This document shows positions 24,311 to 45,900 of a stretch of DNA of 64,000 bases, piece after piece. The notes beneath the pieces were generated by a model, which was not told the origin of the DNA, made no database searches, and saw only the letters and a list, made by a program, of their open reading frames with translations. The first letter of the stretch is position 1; every line of letters starts with the position of its first letter. The translations under genes and the position numbers were made by a program. Source of the DNA: Eledone cirrhosa (Eukaryota); assembly GCA_964016885.1 (NCBI GenBank), contig OZ024746.1, positions 75,640,001-75,704,000 on the forward strand. The letters are read 5' to 3'.

Positions 24311-26469
24311 AATCTTTTCTATTATCAATTATCAAAATATAAAGATTTTGAGATAAAAATAATATGAAGGTGGATGATGAAAACAGAAACAATCGCTAAG
24401 GTAATAGAAGCTCAGGGAAGGATAAAATGAACACATACAAGTAGATGTATAACCAAAACCCCCAGGACATACAAATATATATATAACATACAGAAAATAG
24501 CAATACCAGGTACTGCATATATATTATGAAGAGTACTTTACATTCAACAGAAACAACACCAAAATGTAACACTGCACATACCCAAGGTACACAGAGCTGT
24601 GCTTGATAAAGCAGTGACAGCACAACATTAATGGCCAGTAATTTGGGGAAGGGGGGAGTCGATTAAATCGACCTCAGTACGTTACTGGTGCTATATTTTA
24701 TCAACCCCGTAAGGTTGAAAAGCAAAGCTAACCTTGGCGGGATTTGAACTCAGAATGTAAAGGGCAGTAACTCTCTGCTGCGAAGCATGGTATTCGATGC
24801 TCTGCTGATTCTGCCAATCCAATAATAATAATAATAATAATTGTTTCTACTTTTGGCACAAGGCCAGCAATTTAAAGGGGAGGGGAAAGTCGATTAAATC
24901 GAGCCCATTGCATTACTGGTGCTTTAACAACTGCATAAGGATGAAAAGCAAAGCTAACCATGGCAAGATTTGAACTCAGAACACAAAGGGCCATAACTCT
25001 CTGCCACAAAACATGGTGTCTGGCGCTCTACCGATTCTACCAATCCAATAATAATAATAATAATAATAGTTAAATGAAAACAGAAATAATCCCAATAATA
25101 ATAGGTGTTCTGAGAATAATAAAATAGCACAGACAGAAAAATCCAGTACTTATAAATATACACAACACACAGAAAATAGCTTGGTAATACAGTGTCAGCC
25201 TGCATTGAGAATAAGACTAATGACAGTAATAATTATTTCTTTAATAGCCACCTTCACTGAAAACATTGAGGATAATACAATAAAAACAGACAATGAAGAT
25301 TTACAAATAAACTTGTAAAGAGAGAAAGAAAACGGGTACTAAATAATAAGAAACTGATAACAATGGAATGCCCCTATAAGGCGAGGACCCCCCTCCCCCT
25401 CCCCCCAAGGGTAATTAAAGAACCCCATGGATCCGAGATCATCCTAATCCCCTTGGGCATCATAGGTAAGCATCCTCTCCCCTCTATTCTCACCTGCTTA
25501 CAGGTACATGCTTAGAGTAGGCCCATTCACTCAGGCCATTCTTGTTACATTCACCCACCTTTTAAGAAATATATGGAGGTGGGGGGCAACTCTTTCCTCT
25601 CTACTCACACCTTCTTTTCCAAGTGGAACTTGGTCAAAACAGGAATGTTTTTCTTCAGTCTTTTCAGCCTCATCCATCACACAACCTCTTTTGCCATAGC
25701 CACCAGATGGAGGAAAACTGCCTGCCCATCCCAGCTCAAAGAAAGCAGCAGGGCGATCGGTAGAGATTGTCTCTAACTAGCAATGCTCCCTAGTAGCACT
25801 GCCAGGCAAGGGATTACAGGAAATTATCCATAATCTTTGAGCTAAAAGCCCTCCAGAGATGACTAGTCAGTTCACTTTGCATGATGCCTGGTTTCCTCAA
25901 AACATCATCGCTCTTGCTCACCACTAGCCCTTTATAGAACGCCAACATAGAATTTCCATTGACTGCATTGCCCAACTAGTAGAGGGCTGTGAGCTCCAAT
26001 AGTAATAATAATTTGCTATTTATTTAAAACGTCTGATGTTGAAATATTCTTTGTTATATAGCTATTTTCTTGCAGCTGCAATATGGATATAAAGTATGTT
26101 TTGTTGCCTCATGCTACTGTGAGTGTTGTACCAATATATATTAATACTTGACTGTTCCAATATTTGGTCCTCACATCATTGTGATATTGGTTGGAAATGT
26201 TCTGAGGATTGAAATATTATTTTTACATCAGTGTCTTGGACTGTTTCTCGGGGTTATTTGTTGACTTATATATATATATATATTGGTTTTATTTCCATAG
26301 ACTCTTATTTTTGTTCTTTTTTTTTTTATTGTGAGCTAATGAAAAGATTTTGAAAAAAAAAAAAATTAAGCAAAAAATATATATATATCTGGTTTGAGAT
26401 TAAATTAAAGTTTATTTAATTTTTATGTTTCTGTTTTGTTTTGTTTTTTCCTTCTTTTCTTTCATAGAG

Positions 26470-26710
26470 TGCTTGGTGCCATGATAAAATACCCCCAGTG
26501 AAATCTGTAAAGTGGTAGTGCTGGCACTACAATAAAATGCACCCAGTATATTCTGTAAAGTGGTAGTGCTGGTGCCACAATAAAATGCACCTAGTATATT
26601 CTGTAAAGTAGTAGTGCTGGTGCCACAATAAAATGTTTCCAGTGTCTTCTGTAAAGTGGTAGTGTTGGTGCCACAATAAAATGCATCAGTATACTCTGTA
26701 AAGTGGTTGG
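26470..26710. repeat. 48-nt minisatellite, ~5 copies
   Basis: Repeated ggtgccacaataaaatgca...ctgtaaagtggtagtgct. Confidence 0.8.
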
Positions 26711-27299
26711 CATTATGAAGGACATCCATCAATAGAAAAACCTGTCAAAATATGGAATGCATGTGCAAGATGGGGTTCTCTGACTCATCTTCTCTCAGAC
26801 CATAACAACTCATGCCACCATGGAAAGTGGACATAATCTATCTAAGGCGGGTAAAATTCCCGAGATCCATGGATGAGTTCTCTCCAGCGGTCTCTGTCCC
26901 TCATTATCGCTGCCATGTCCTGCGTCTCCAACAGACGAGTGTCTGTCCTTAGGGCATCAACATACGTTAACCTTGGTCTTCCTCTTCTAGTGTCCATGTA
27001 GGGGCTCCCACAGGAGCACCGAGTGCAATGTCAGCTCTGGATGTCAGTTTTGAGCTGACTTTTGGGACATAATATGATGGAACATGTGTGTCAGCTACCC
27101 TAATCTTTCCAAATTTCTAGTTGATAGCCTCATTCTCTGGTAAGTCTCCATCTTTCCAGTATTGCTTTCATAAAAAAAGGGTCCACTGGAGATTTGCTTT
27201 CCTGTGTCACTCACCAGTGGGCTCTTACCCTCGAGATATTTGGTATAAGAGTTGCTGCACTTTTTTGTCTGTCACGTGAATCTCCGACCAAAAACTCTT

Positions 27300-27760
27300 C
27301 CCACCTATCTCTCATTTCTTGGAGCAGTGGCTTCCAGTCAGTTTGCATCATTGTAACATGTGCAGAGGGACCTCTTTCTAATCGACACTCTATCAATTCT
27401 GGTGTGACTCAGGATTCAGTTTTGTCCCCCACATGCATCAATGGACCTATTTGCCACATCCACTACAATGTAGATAATACCATCCTTCATTCTTCTCAAA
27501 CTTTCCACACCCAACCATCATCCACATCAACTTTAGACACCACACCAAATCTGCACTGACACTGTGAACAAAGACTTTGAAACATCCTTCTATGGGGCCA
27601 TGTCAATCTTGTCTCCTTCAACAGTTGAAGATACAATCTCTGTTCATATCAAGAAAACATTATCACACCTCACTCACTAAACATGAATATCATGCAATTA
27701 GAACATCACAACTCTTCCAAATACTAGACCATACCATCAGTGAGGATCTCTCTGGTTCAC
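27300..27760 (+). mobile_element. Decayed CR1/L2-like RT fragment
   Basis: SINSGVTQDSVLSPT...IHYNVDNTILH correspond to degenerate GVPQGSVL and YADD motifs. Confidence 0.55.
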
Positions 27761-28869
27761 AGATGCTCTCTGTCTGCCTTCTCTATCAGCTACTTGTGAC
27801 TTCTGCTCCTCTGAGCTAGCTATCTAGTCTCATGCCACATCCATTCAGGTACTCTTAATTCACTTATCAGACAGTTGTGATTTTTTTGCATAGTGATCCA
27901 AGGAATCTGGGTTCAAACATTACCAAAAATTTAAAGTAGTAAGACAAAAGGAGGTTAATACAAAGTTTAATATGAAGATATTAGCAACTGCTATTTACTA
28001 TGGCAATCATTGCAAAAGGAAAACATCTAAAATATTGATAGTCAACTGCTCAACTTTTACCACTCTGGTAATATTGACAAACAGTGGATTAACTGTGACA
28101 TCTCTGGTAACACTGACAAACTGTAGATCAACTGTAACTTCTCTGGTAATATTGACAAACAACAGGTCAACTGTGACTAAATAGATGTCATAGTATTTAT
28201 GACTAGATAGATATATAGTATTTATGACTATATAGATATGTCATAGTTTATGTGATGGATGAATATATGATAGTTTATATGACTAGATATGTATTTCCTG
28301 ATCACTTAACTTAAAATATTCTAATGCTCTGCTACTTAGTAAGTTCTAGTAACTCTTCTTCAATGAGGTAAATTAAGTAGCTTAATGATGACTAGAAACA
28401 CATAATAAAAAGACTTAACTCACAACTTTTAGCCAGTAAAACTGATACCTTTAACTGCATTAGTTAAATCTCTTCAGTGGCTGGAAAATAATACTTAAAG
28501 TTTTCACATGTAAGAAATGAAATGACCTGATCATCAGATCAGACCAAAGAAACTGTTTCCATTGGTCTTTCTATTCCTGATGCTATTTTAGCAGAATGGT
28601 TCTTTAGAATAATATATTGGTGTAGATAGGATCCGAAAGAGATGATGTATTAAGGGTGCGTGTTTGATGTTGGTTGAAAGATCATCTCGGAAGAAATATT
28701 TTTAAGATGTGTGAAGATTCAATGGTGGCGGAGATTATCAGAAGGCTGTTAAAACATTTTATAAAGGGTTTATTTTCTTCCGTAAATTAATATAAACACA
28801 AGATTGAAAAGCTGGTAGCATACCACATTATTAAGTTGAACAATAAAAATGTATTTGAAATAAGGAAAG

Positions 28870-29135
28870 AATGTTGCTGGGCCCTGCCGAGACGGCCAAA
28901 GTTTCTTGTTTAGTGCTACATCTTGCTAGTATCAACCGGGAATGTAATTAGTTAGGTCTTGTCTCCTCGAAATGAAAGCAGCAACTCTCTAGAAGTGAAA
29001 AAAGGCACAAATTCGTTTGCTGGGCGGAAATCATTGCTAGGTATTTCTACGCTGTCGACTTACAGGCCCGGCGACTTACCAAGCGCAACCCAATTGTTCC
29101 GCCGCGGTAAGTAGTGCTTTTGCTTACTACACTAT
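28870..29135. promoter_or_regulatory. CpG-rich promoter-like patch just downstream of the SRRD 3' end
   Basis: CpG-rich, with GGGCGG and CCAAT motifs and three GTAAGT donor-like sites (two on -, one on +). No coding ORF recognised. Confidence 0.3.
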
Positions 29136-29440
29136 CTTCTAGTTGCAACTCCTGGTAAAAGGAGGCAGGGTTTGAACTTAAGAGCACACAGAACCATATA
29201 AGATATCACTAACCACTCAGTCCAACTCTTTAACAATTCCACCAATTTACTGCCTCAGGACCAATACTTTATCAACCCTGAAAGGATGAAGGGCAAAGCT
29301 GCTTTTCATCAGAATTTGAACTCAGAAAGAGCAAAAAAAAAAGAACAAATAGCAAGGCATTTAATCTGAGTCTGTAACAACTCTAACAATTCACTGCACA
29401 AAAGAAATTAACAAAAAAACTTCAAATTAAAAAAAAATAT

Positions 29441-38344
<8,904 letters not shown>

Positions 38345-39939
38345 TCTGAAGACATTTAATTATAGAAATAACTTCATCGACCAGGAAATAAATTACTTTG
38401 TGTATGTGTGTTGGTCTTTTTTGCATGTTGTAAAGTATAAAGAAGTATTCCGTGGTGTGCGCTCGCTGGTCAAGTGGCTTTATATAATACTGTGGTATAG
38501 CGAATAATGTTTACAGTACTTATATAGCATTTCTCGTGGCTCCAGTTAACTCAGCTGAAAATTAGTACCAACAGCTGTTTTGGGTTAACCTGGCGTCCTA
38601 CAGGAGAATCATGTACTCATAGTCGCTTAGCGCTTACGTGAAACCATGATGAACATCTAGGCTAGAGGGAGACTTTAATATAGCGGCTAGTCTTGGTGGC
38701 ATCAGGTGTTTAACATATATTCATTCGAGGCTACAAATGTAATGTTTTATGTGTAAAAAGGTGGATATTGAACGTTGGTTGATGTACGATACAGCTGCAA
38801 GAAGTGGTCGAACGTGAAAAAATATTCACTGCCAACGAAAACAACGTGGTAGTGTATACTGCATCAGAGTTACATACAATTACTGGAATGGCGAACTGGA
38901 TAAACAAGTTCGTTTCAGTGAAGTTAAACGTCTTTAAATAAAATTGTTTTGTGTATGGATTTAGCCAAAGAATTAAATTTTGTTATCCCAATAATGCGGC
39001 TCCGGGCGTTGTGGGGGAATGTTCTGTTGTGTGTGGGAATCACGTTGGGATAGCCATTCCAAATCGCGGGTCACATTCCAGCAAGTGGCCAATTCCACCC
39101 CAAAAGTTAAGAGGTGGTCGGGAACCAAGAATGCCGGAAGTCTCCACTGCTTCAAGTTCTACCACAAACCTATCGGAGAGCGACCAATACTTCGACAGTT
39201 TACCCTCTTCGGCCTGACAAGCAGCGAACTTTGGGTTAGTCGCTGAATCCAGGTTGCTGCATGTAGCATCCAATTATAATCTAGAATTAAAAGAGTGGGG
39301 GAAATGGTAGGTTGTGGCCTTTATAGTTTTTTCTAAGAAGTTTGAAGTAAACTGGCATCGGAGACGTAAACGGGTTTCTTTTAATTGTCATCATCACTGT
39401 TTAATTTCTGACTTCTAGTCTGATAGAGCGGGCCTATAAAAAAAGGTGTTACATTCGTGAACGGGAGAAAATGTGAACATAAAACAAAGGGTTTTTTTTA
39501 GTGTAACACCGCCTTCTGCAGCTGCATAAGACCTCTAGTTGTTGCATTATTTAGTAGAAACGGGTTTTATGTTATCTCTAGTTTGTTTCCTCATTCCTTC
39601 AAAGATATTTACCAGAGTAATTTGAGCAACTACCCTCTCATCCATATTTATATAGAGAAAGATTCTATATCTCTTCAGATTATCGAGAAACAAGCGAAAA
39701 CGACCTCTCCTTTTCACAGTACAGAACTTACAAGAGCAAAGACAAACTAAACCGACTTCTAGCTTGATAAAAACATTTCAACTGAACAGAAGAAACTATT
39801 TACGTCATCTGTTATTGTGGTCATTGTAGGTCGACCGAGTAGTTTTTAGAGGTTGTTAAAAACATGACATCTTGAATCAGCTCGCTTTCTCTCTCTCTCC
39901 CTCTTTATCTATCTCTATGTGTGAGAGAAGGTGAAAGAG
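38345..39939. promoter_or_regulatory. Divergent (bidirectional) promoter / 5' UTR region between SRRD and POLDIP2
   Basis: The two start codons point away from each other 1.6 kb apart. The interval is locally CpG-enriched and largely free of the common repeats. Confidence 0.6.
38957..39271 (+). ncRNA. Candidate structured ncRNA with 7SK-like closing stem and 3' hairpin
   Basis: GGATTTAGC (38957-38965) pairs with GCTGAATCC (39242-39250) and is followed by a hairpin containing GCTGCATGTAGCA. Several internal helices have G-U pairs that work only on the + strand. It lacks GAUC motifs and an adjacent oligo-T. Confidence 0.35.
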
Positions 39940-42900
39940 ATGGCTGTCTGTCTACTTCAGAAGTATTTCAAGGCCAACTTAAGTCTGACCATTTGTAAAC
40001 TCCTAAGAAAAGGTCTCCGCCAGCCCACTTTCCTCTCACCAGTCGACTCTTGTCTTTATTCTACGAGGTAAGCGAAATTCACTACTACTACTACTACTAC
40101 TGTTGATCCTGCTGTCACCAACACTACTACTTACATCATTACTATTACAACTACTAATAGTATCATTATTGCGGTCCCTCCACGCGATCGATCTGCTAGG
40201 AATAGCTGTAAAATCTTTAAATCACAGCCTACAATCTTTTATTTTGAAAATGTGGGAGAGATACATAGGTTTGCTGTATCGAACCTGACCTAGAACTACA
40301 GTGCACCCATAGCCATTGGCAAGAATCAGCCAAGATTGGAGCAAATGTTTAGCCTAAGGTCAGCCTAGAGTGAGCAAACCTATGACCAAAGCCATTCCAG
40401 CAACCATCCTGCTTTATTTGAGACGTAATGTATGCATGTCTCCGTTGTTCTTTTTTTAATGGTGAAATGCTATGGTGTTGCAAAGGCTCTCGGTGCCCGG
40501 AGGCAAAGACACTTTGTGTGCCCTCCTCTTAGTTTAACATGCGATAAATAGGCCAGGGGAAATATTTTACCCAGAAGCTACTGACCCTCCTCGCACACCC
40601 CTCCTTTTATGCTACGCTTCTGATAAGGTGTAATTTGAGGGAGATTTAGCTGCTATTTCGAGCAGGAGTGATATACAATAGCCACAGCACCCCTCTTTCA
40701 CCTATCTCTGAGTCATGTGTAAACTGGTCTGTTGCATGTATCTCTACCTTCATAAGATCTGAGGATGTCTCGCAACCACTTTTGCTCTTCCAATCCCCAT
40801 GTTATTGACATAACCAACTTGTTTTTTAACTCTAGGTCAACACTGATCCAACTTTGATCATTGTTATTTTTTCTGGTGGGATGTACTGGGTTACACTAAG
40901 TACATCATATCCTTGTCAATGTTGGTGTGGGTTAGACAGGGTCTGTTGTGTAGCACATTTGACATCTATTTGTCAATGCCAATATGAGTTAGATGGATCT
41001 GCAATACAGTAGGTCTTTGAGTATATTTTAGATTCATTGATATGAGAACAAAGCATTATAGTTTATATATCCAATATATGGTTAGGATTGTTTAGGGAAA
41101 GCCAGTACAATGCAATTCAGAAATAAGGAGTGAAAATAAGAATAAAGGAAGAGAAACAAAAGTTTACACTTTTACTGTATATTTTTTGATCTTTTGGGAT
41201 TCTTCTTTGCATACCACCTCATGTCTGATGGATGGCAAATATGCAATGAACAGTTATGACATATATGTGTATATGTATGTATAGCATTATCGTTCAACAA
41301 CATACACAGAGCCACATTAGCAAAGCATTATAACAAATGCTTTCCCTGGGACCACCACATGGAGGAGAGGTTAACCTTGTCCCCTTTCCAGATTAGGGCC
41401 TTTTTTTCAAAAGAAAGGAAATGGAGTTTCGTGGTTATTGCAAACTGAGCTCTACTGCACAAATAGTTATACGTTTACCACTATCTCTGCTGTTTGAAAT
41501 ATCTTTTACAGGTTAGCAGAAGTTGGTGTTCTAGAAAGACCACGGGAAAGAGGACAAGCTTATGAAACCGGTCAGGTTTGTACCCTTGCTGCTATTCATT
41601 TTATATTCATTTCTTGATATTTATGTTTCTTAATATTTATGTTCACATTGTTTGAGACCTTGTCACTAACACAGGTTTTGAACGGCCAAAATGTCTGATG
41701 TAGTGTAATTCTTTTAGTTTCAATACAACATCTCAGATCGAGTAACTTGCCAAACAAGTACAACTCTGAAATTTCAAAATCTTCAGCCAGTTCAAAAACT
41801 CTGAATGACTCTGTTATATGTTATAGCATGGATCTTTATATATTGTCCAGAAATGGGCATTGATAATTACTTTGTGGATCTCCAATGCAATTACAGTCAC
41901 CAACCTACAATAGATACAAAGATGGATATTTCACTTTCACTTAGAAATGTTACTCGGGTAGCAAAGGGTGATGAGTATTTTAGGTGTGGGCTGCAGTTTT
42001 CTTAAATATATTAGCTATGGCAAGTAGTACTTTTTAAAGGCTGCGATACTAACTATCATAAAAGTGTATATGCATTTGTTTGTCTGTAATAATAAGACTG
42101 GTGGCCCCTGTCATTAAAACATCACTGAAACCTCTTATGAGATGCAGCCTCATAGGTGGCTAGCTAAACCTGCATAGGTGTAAGCTGTAAATTTATTTTC
42201 ATATTTTTTTTTTTGCCTGTACTACTATAAACATGTACATGTGAGCTAATATGTGTGGGTGTGTGTTTTTGTTAATATCATCATCATCATCATCATTTAA
42301 TGTCCATGTTGTCTGCTAGCAAAGGTTAGACGAGTCATCACAGACCAAGTCAGTACTCAATTAGAGCTACAGGCCTCTCAGATGTGCTGGGAGCTTGCAT
42401 CTCACTTATATACGTTCTCACACTCTACCAAATGCATTTTATCATGGCACCAGCTCTAGGGAGATTGTCATATCTTTGACACAGCTGAAGAATCCACCTA
42501 TTCCTTTGTTTAGCAGGTTTTCTACAGCTAGATGCCCTCCCTATCACAAACCACTTAACAGAGTGTAGTGAATGTGTTTATCATGTACATCACCAACATT
42601 AGAGTGATTGTCATATCCTTGTCAACAACTGAAGAATCCTCTCAACTGTTTTTGGCATAGTATCTAGTGAGGGATGCTCTTCCTATTACCAAACACCTTA
42701 TCAGGTGTACTGTGTGCATTTTTTGTGGCACTAGAGAGGTTGTCAGTCATTGACTGAACCAAAAAGCCCTCACTAGCAGGTGTGGGAATGATAAATATGA
42801 TGCCATTGAAGATAATATATATGTATGTATGTCTCTGCTACTATAAAAGTGAACATGTAAGTTAATATTGTGTGTGTGTGTGTCTGCCTGCCTGCTATTA

Positions 42901-45900
42901 TATGAGCCATTATAAATATGTGGATGTCTCTTATGAGTGAATATGTAAGCTAATATATGTGGTAATCACTTTGTATATTCTGATGTATAACACCCATCAC
43001 ATATGTACATCCTGTTATATAGCACCCATCACATATCTATATCTGGCTATATAACATCCACCACACATATATATATATATATGTATATCCTGCTATAAAA
43101 CACCCATAGCATATATATATTCTGCTACATAAAACCCTACACGTATAAATATATATCTTGCTATAAAACATTTACCACATTGGTATATTCTGCTACATAA
43201 CACTCACTACATGTATATCTTGCCATATAATATGTCTACATGTTGTATTTTCAGCTGTTTCTCCATAAAGTCTTTGGTTATCGAGGTATTGTGCTCTTCC
43301 CATGGTTAGCCCGTGTCTATGATCGTGACATAGCTACAAAATCCAAAGAAAAGTATGTAAACTCTTTGCTCTTATATGATGTCTGTTTGTGTATGCATGA
43401 ATGTGTGTACATGTGTTTGTGCATGTGTCTGTGAATGTATATATGTGCATGCATGTGTGATCAGTGGTACAAGAGTTTACTTATTATCACTCACGATATA
43501 CATTACCTAGTTCTCCACTATATATCATCATCATCATCATCATCATCATTTTATATCCACTTTTCCCTGCTTGCAAGGGTTGGACGGGTCCTATTCAGCA
43601 CAGCATCTCTCCACTTATCACTGTCCTTTGTCATCTCCTCCGTGAGTTTCAGCGATCTGAGGTCTGCTCTCACCACCTCCGCCCATTTTTTTCGTGGTCT
43701 ACCCCTACTGCGTCTTCCTTCTACTGAGATTTCTTGGCACTTCTTTACCCAGCGGTCATCCTCCATCCGCATCACATGTCCATACCATCTCAGTCTTCTC
43801 TCCTGCACACCACAACTTATCCCTCTTATACCCAGTTTCTTTCTCAACTCGTCTATGCTTGGTCGTTCACACACATAGACATTGCACATACAATGGAGCA
43901 TGCTTGCTTCATTTCTCTCCAGCTGTCGCATATCCTCTGCAGTTGCTGCCCATGTCTCACTACTATGCAGCATCGCGCATCGGCATCATATAACCGTCAT
44001 TTCGTATGCAGGGAGAAACCCTTCTTTGTCAACAGAGGAAGCAGCTCCCTAAACTTCTTCCAACCCGTCCTTATTCTAGATACCATGGCCTCGGAACCCC
44101 CCCCCCTCGCCCCTCCCATGCTAATCTGATCACATAGGTACCGGAAGCTATCAACCACTTCTATAGAACCCACCTGCATTTGAAAAATGTGTCTATCACT
44201 ACGATTACTACTGCCAACTTTCCCTGTACATCTACTGCATACGTAGTTTTCTTTACCTGTTAGTTTGCCTGTTATCCCACTACATCTCTTGTGTACCCAA
44301 GATCTGCATTGCGTACATCTTATGGAATATATATATAAATATATATACATCACCTCCTAGGTCCCTACTCTACTATATATATGTATATATATCGCCTCCT
44401 AGATCTCTACACTACTATATTTATATATCACCTCTTAGATCCCTACTCCAATATGTGAGTTTATACACCACCTCGATCTCTACTGCACTATATATATACA
44501 TCACCTCATGGATCCCTACTTCATTATATATACATCACCTACTAGACCCCTAATTCACTATATATATCATCATCATCATCATCATCAGGTTTAGCGTCCG
44601 TGTTCCACGCTTGCATGGGTTTGGACGGGGGTTTTCCCACTTGAGGCAAGAGTGGTTGTCTTGCTCGCATAGGACTGTCTGGCGGGTTTTCTACAGTTGG
44701 ATGCCCTTCCTAACACCAACCACATTTACAGTGTGGGGCTGGGAGGTTTTTACCGTGTTGCCTACACGGCCACATTACAGCGTGGACTGTCTGGCGGGTT
44801 TTCTACAGCTGGATGCCCTTCCTAACACCAACCACATTTACAGTGTGGGGCTGGGAGGTTTTTACCGTGTTGCCTACACGGCCACATTTACAGCGTGGAC
44901 TGTGTTTTTTGTCGTGACACCTACACGATCTCATTTGTTTCGGCCTGGATGTTGTGGGACCAACATAACTTTACATTGAAAGGGGCGGTGTGGGTGGGGT
45001 GGAGGTGGTGGGACGGGGGTGTGTTTTGATAGAGGTGCCTACTGACTGTAGTAGGTTTTTACTATATATATATATATTACCTCCTAGATTCCTATTCCTC
45101 TATGTATGTATATATGTGTATATATATATGTAAAAGGTAAAAAGATATAACAAAACAAACGGTACAGTATATGGAAGGAATATATTAGGTTCACGCTTGA
45201 TATAGCAGGAAGAGGGTAGATCCCTAGTTCACTATATATATGTGTGTGTGTATACATACATCCCCTCCTTGTTTCCTACTTCATTATATATATACATCAC
45301 CTCTTAGATTCCTAATCCACTATAAATTACCCCTTCTCTACTATATATATACTTCCCCTCCAAGTCAGTCCATTACCTACTGCAAACGTCTGCTCTGACC
45401 ATTCCTTCAGCTTAGATGTTCTATTATCTTCTACTTCCAGAAATCCTGAAGATGATTCCACTGTGGTTGGCAAAGAAGTTAAAGGCTGCACCCATCTTTA
45501 TTATTTAGTTCTAGTGGATTCCAGAGATTGTCCCTATATAGTAAGTTTACAGTTTCCTTTCTTTTCTCTCTCTCTCTCACTTATCATTTTATTAATATAT
45601 CATAGTGCTTCTCAAACTGTGGGTTGGAATAATGTAAAGATTTTTAGAGGTCACAAAGATACTACTTTGTGACCAGCACTGACGAATATTGTTCTACAAT
45701 TTTAGTTATTATCTGAAAATAAGCAACAACACCCATCTAATTAAAAATATTCTTATTGTTTGGGATTTTTCTTTTTAGTATTTACTTGTTTCTGTGTTTA
45801 GTTCTAGCCAAGCTACTAGGATCATTGCTATACAATATAAGTATTGTCTTTACAGTATCAGTGAAATGTCACCAAAAATATATTTGATCTGAAGGATTTT

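Noticed and set aside
28385-28445. Box C/D snoRNA (ATGATGA...CTGA)
   Set aside because: No terminal stem, no recognised rRNA antisense element and no + strand host intron.
29081-29096. U4atac-like GGGTTGCGCT on the - strand
   Set aside because: The match is short and the rest of the U4atac sequence and its Sm site are absent.
38965-39271. Telomerase RNA on the - strand (CTAACCC at 39233-39239; H-box-like AGAACA and ACA near the far end)
   Set aside because: The template match is only 7 nt, there is no U/A-rich pseudoknot, and the helices have A-C mismatches on this strand.
38951-39273. Four overlapping short ORFs (60-88 aa) in the divergent region
   Set aside because: No recognisable domain or splice pattern. 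They are explained by locally high GC.
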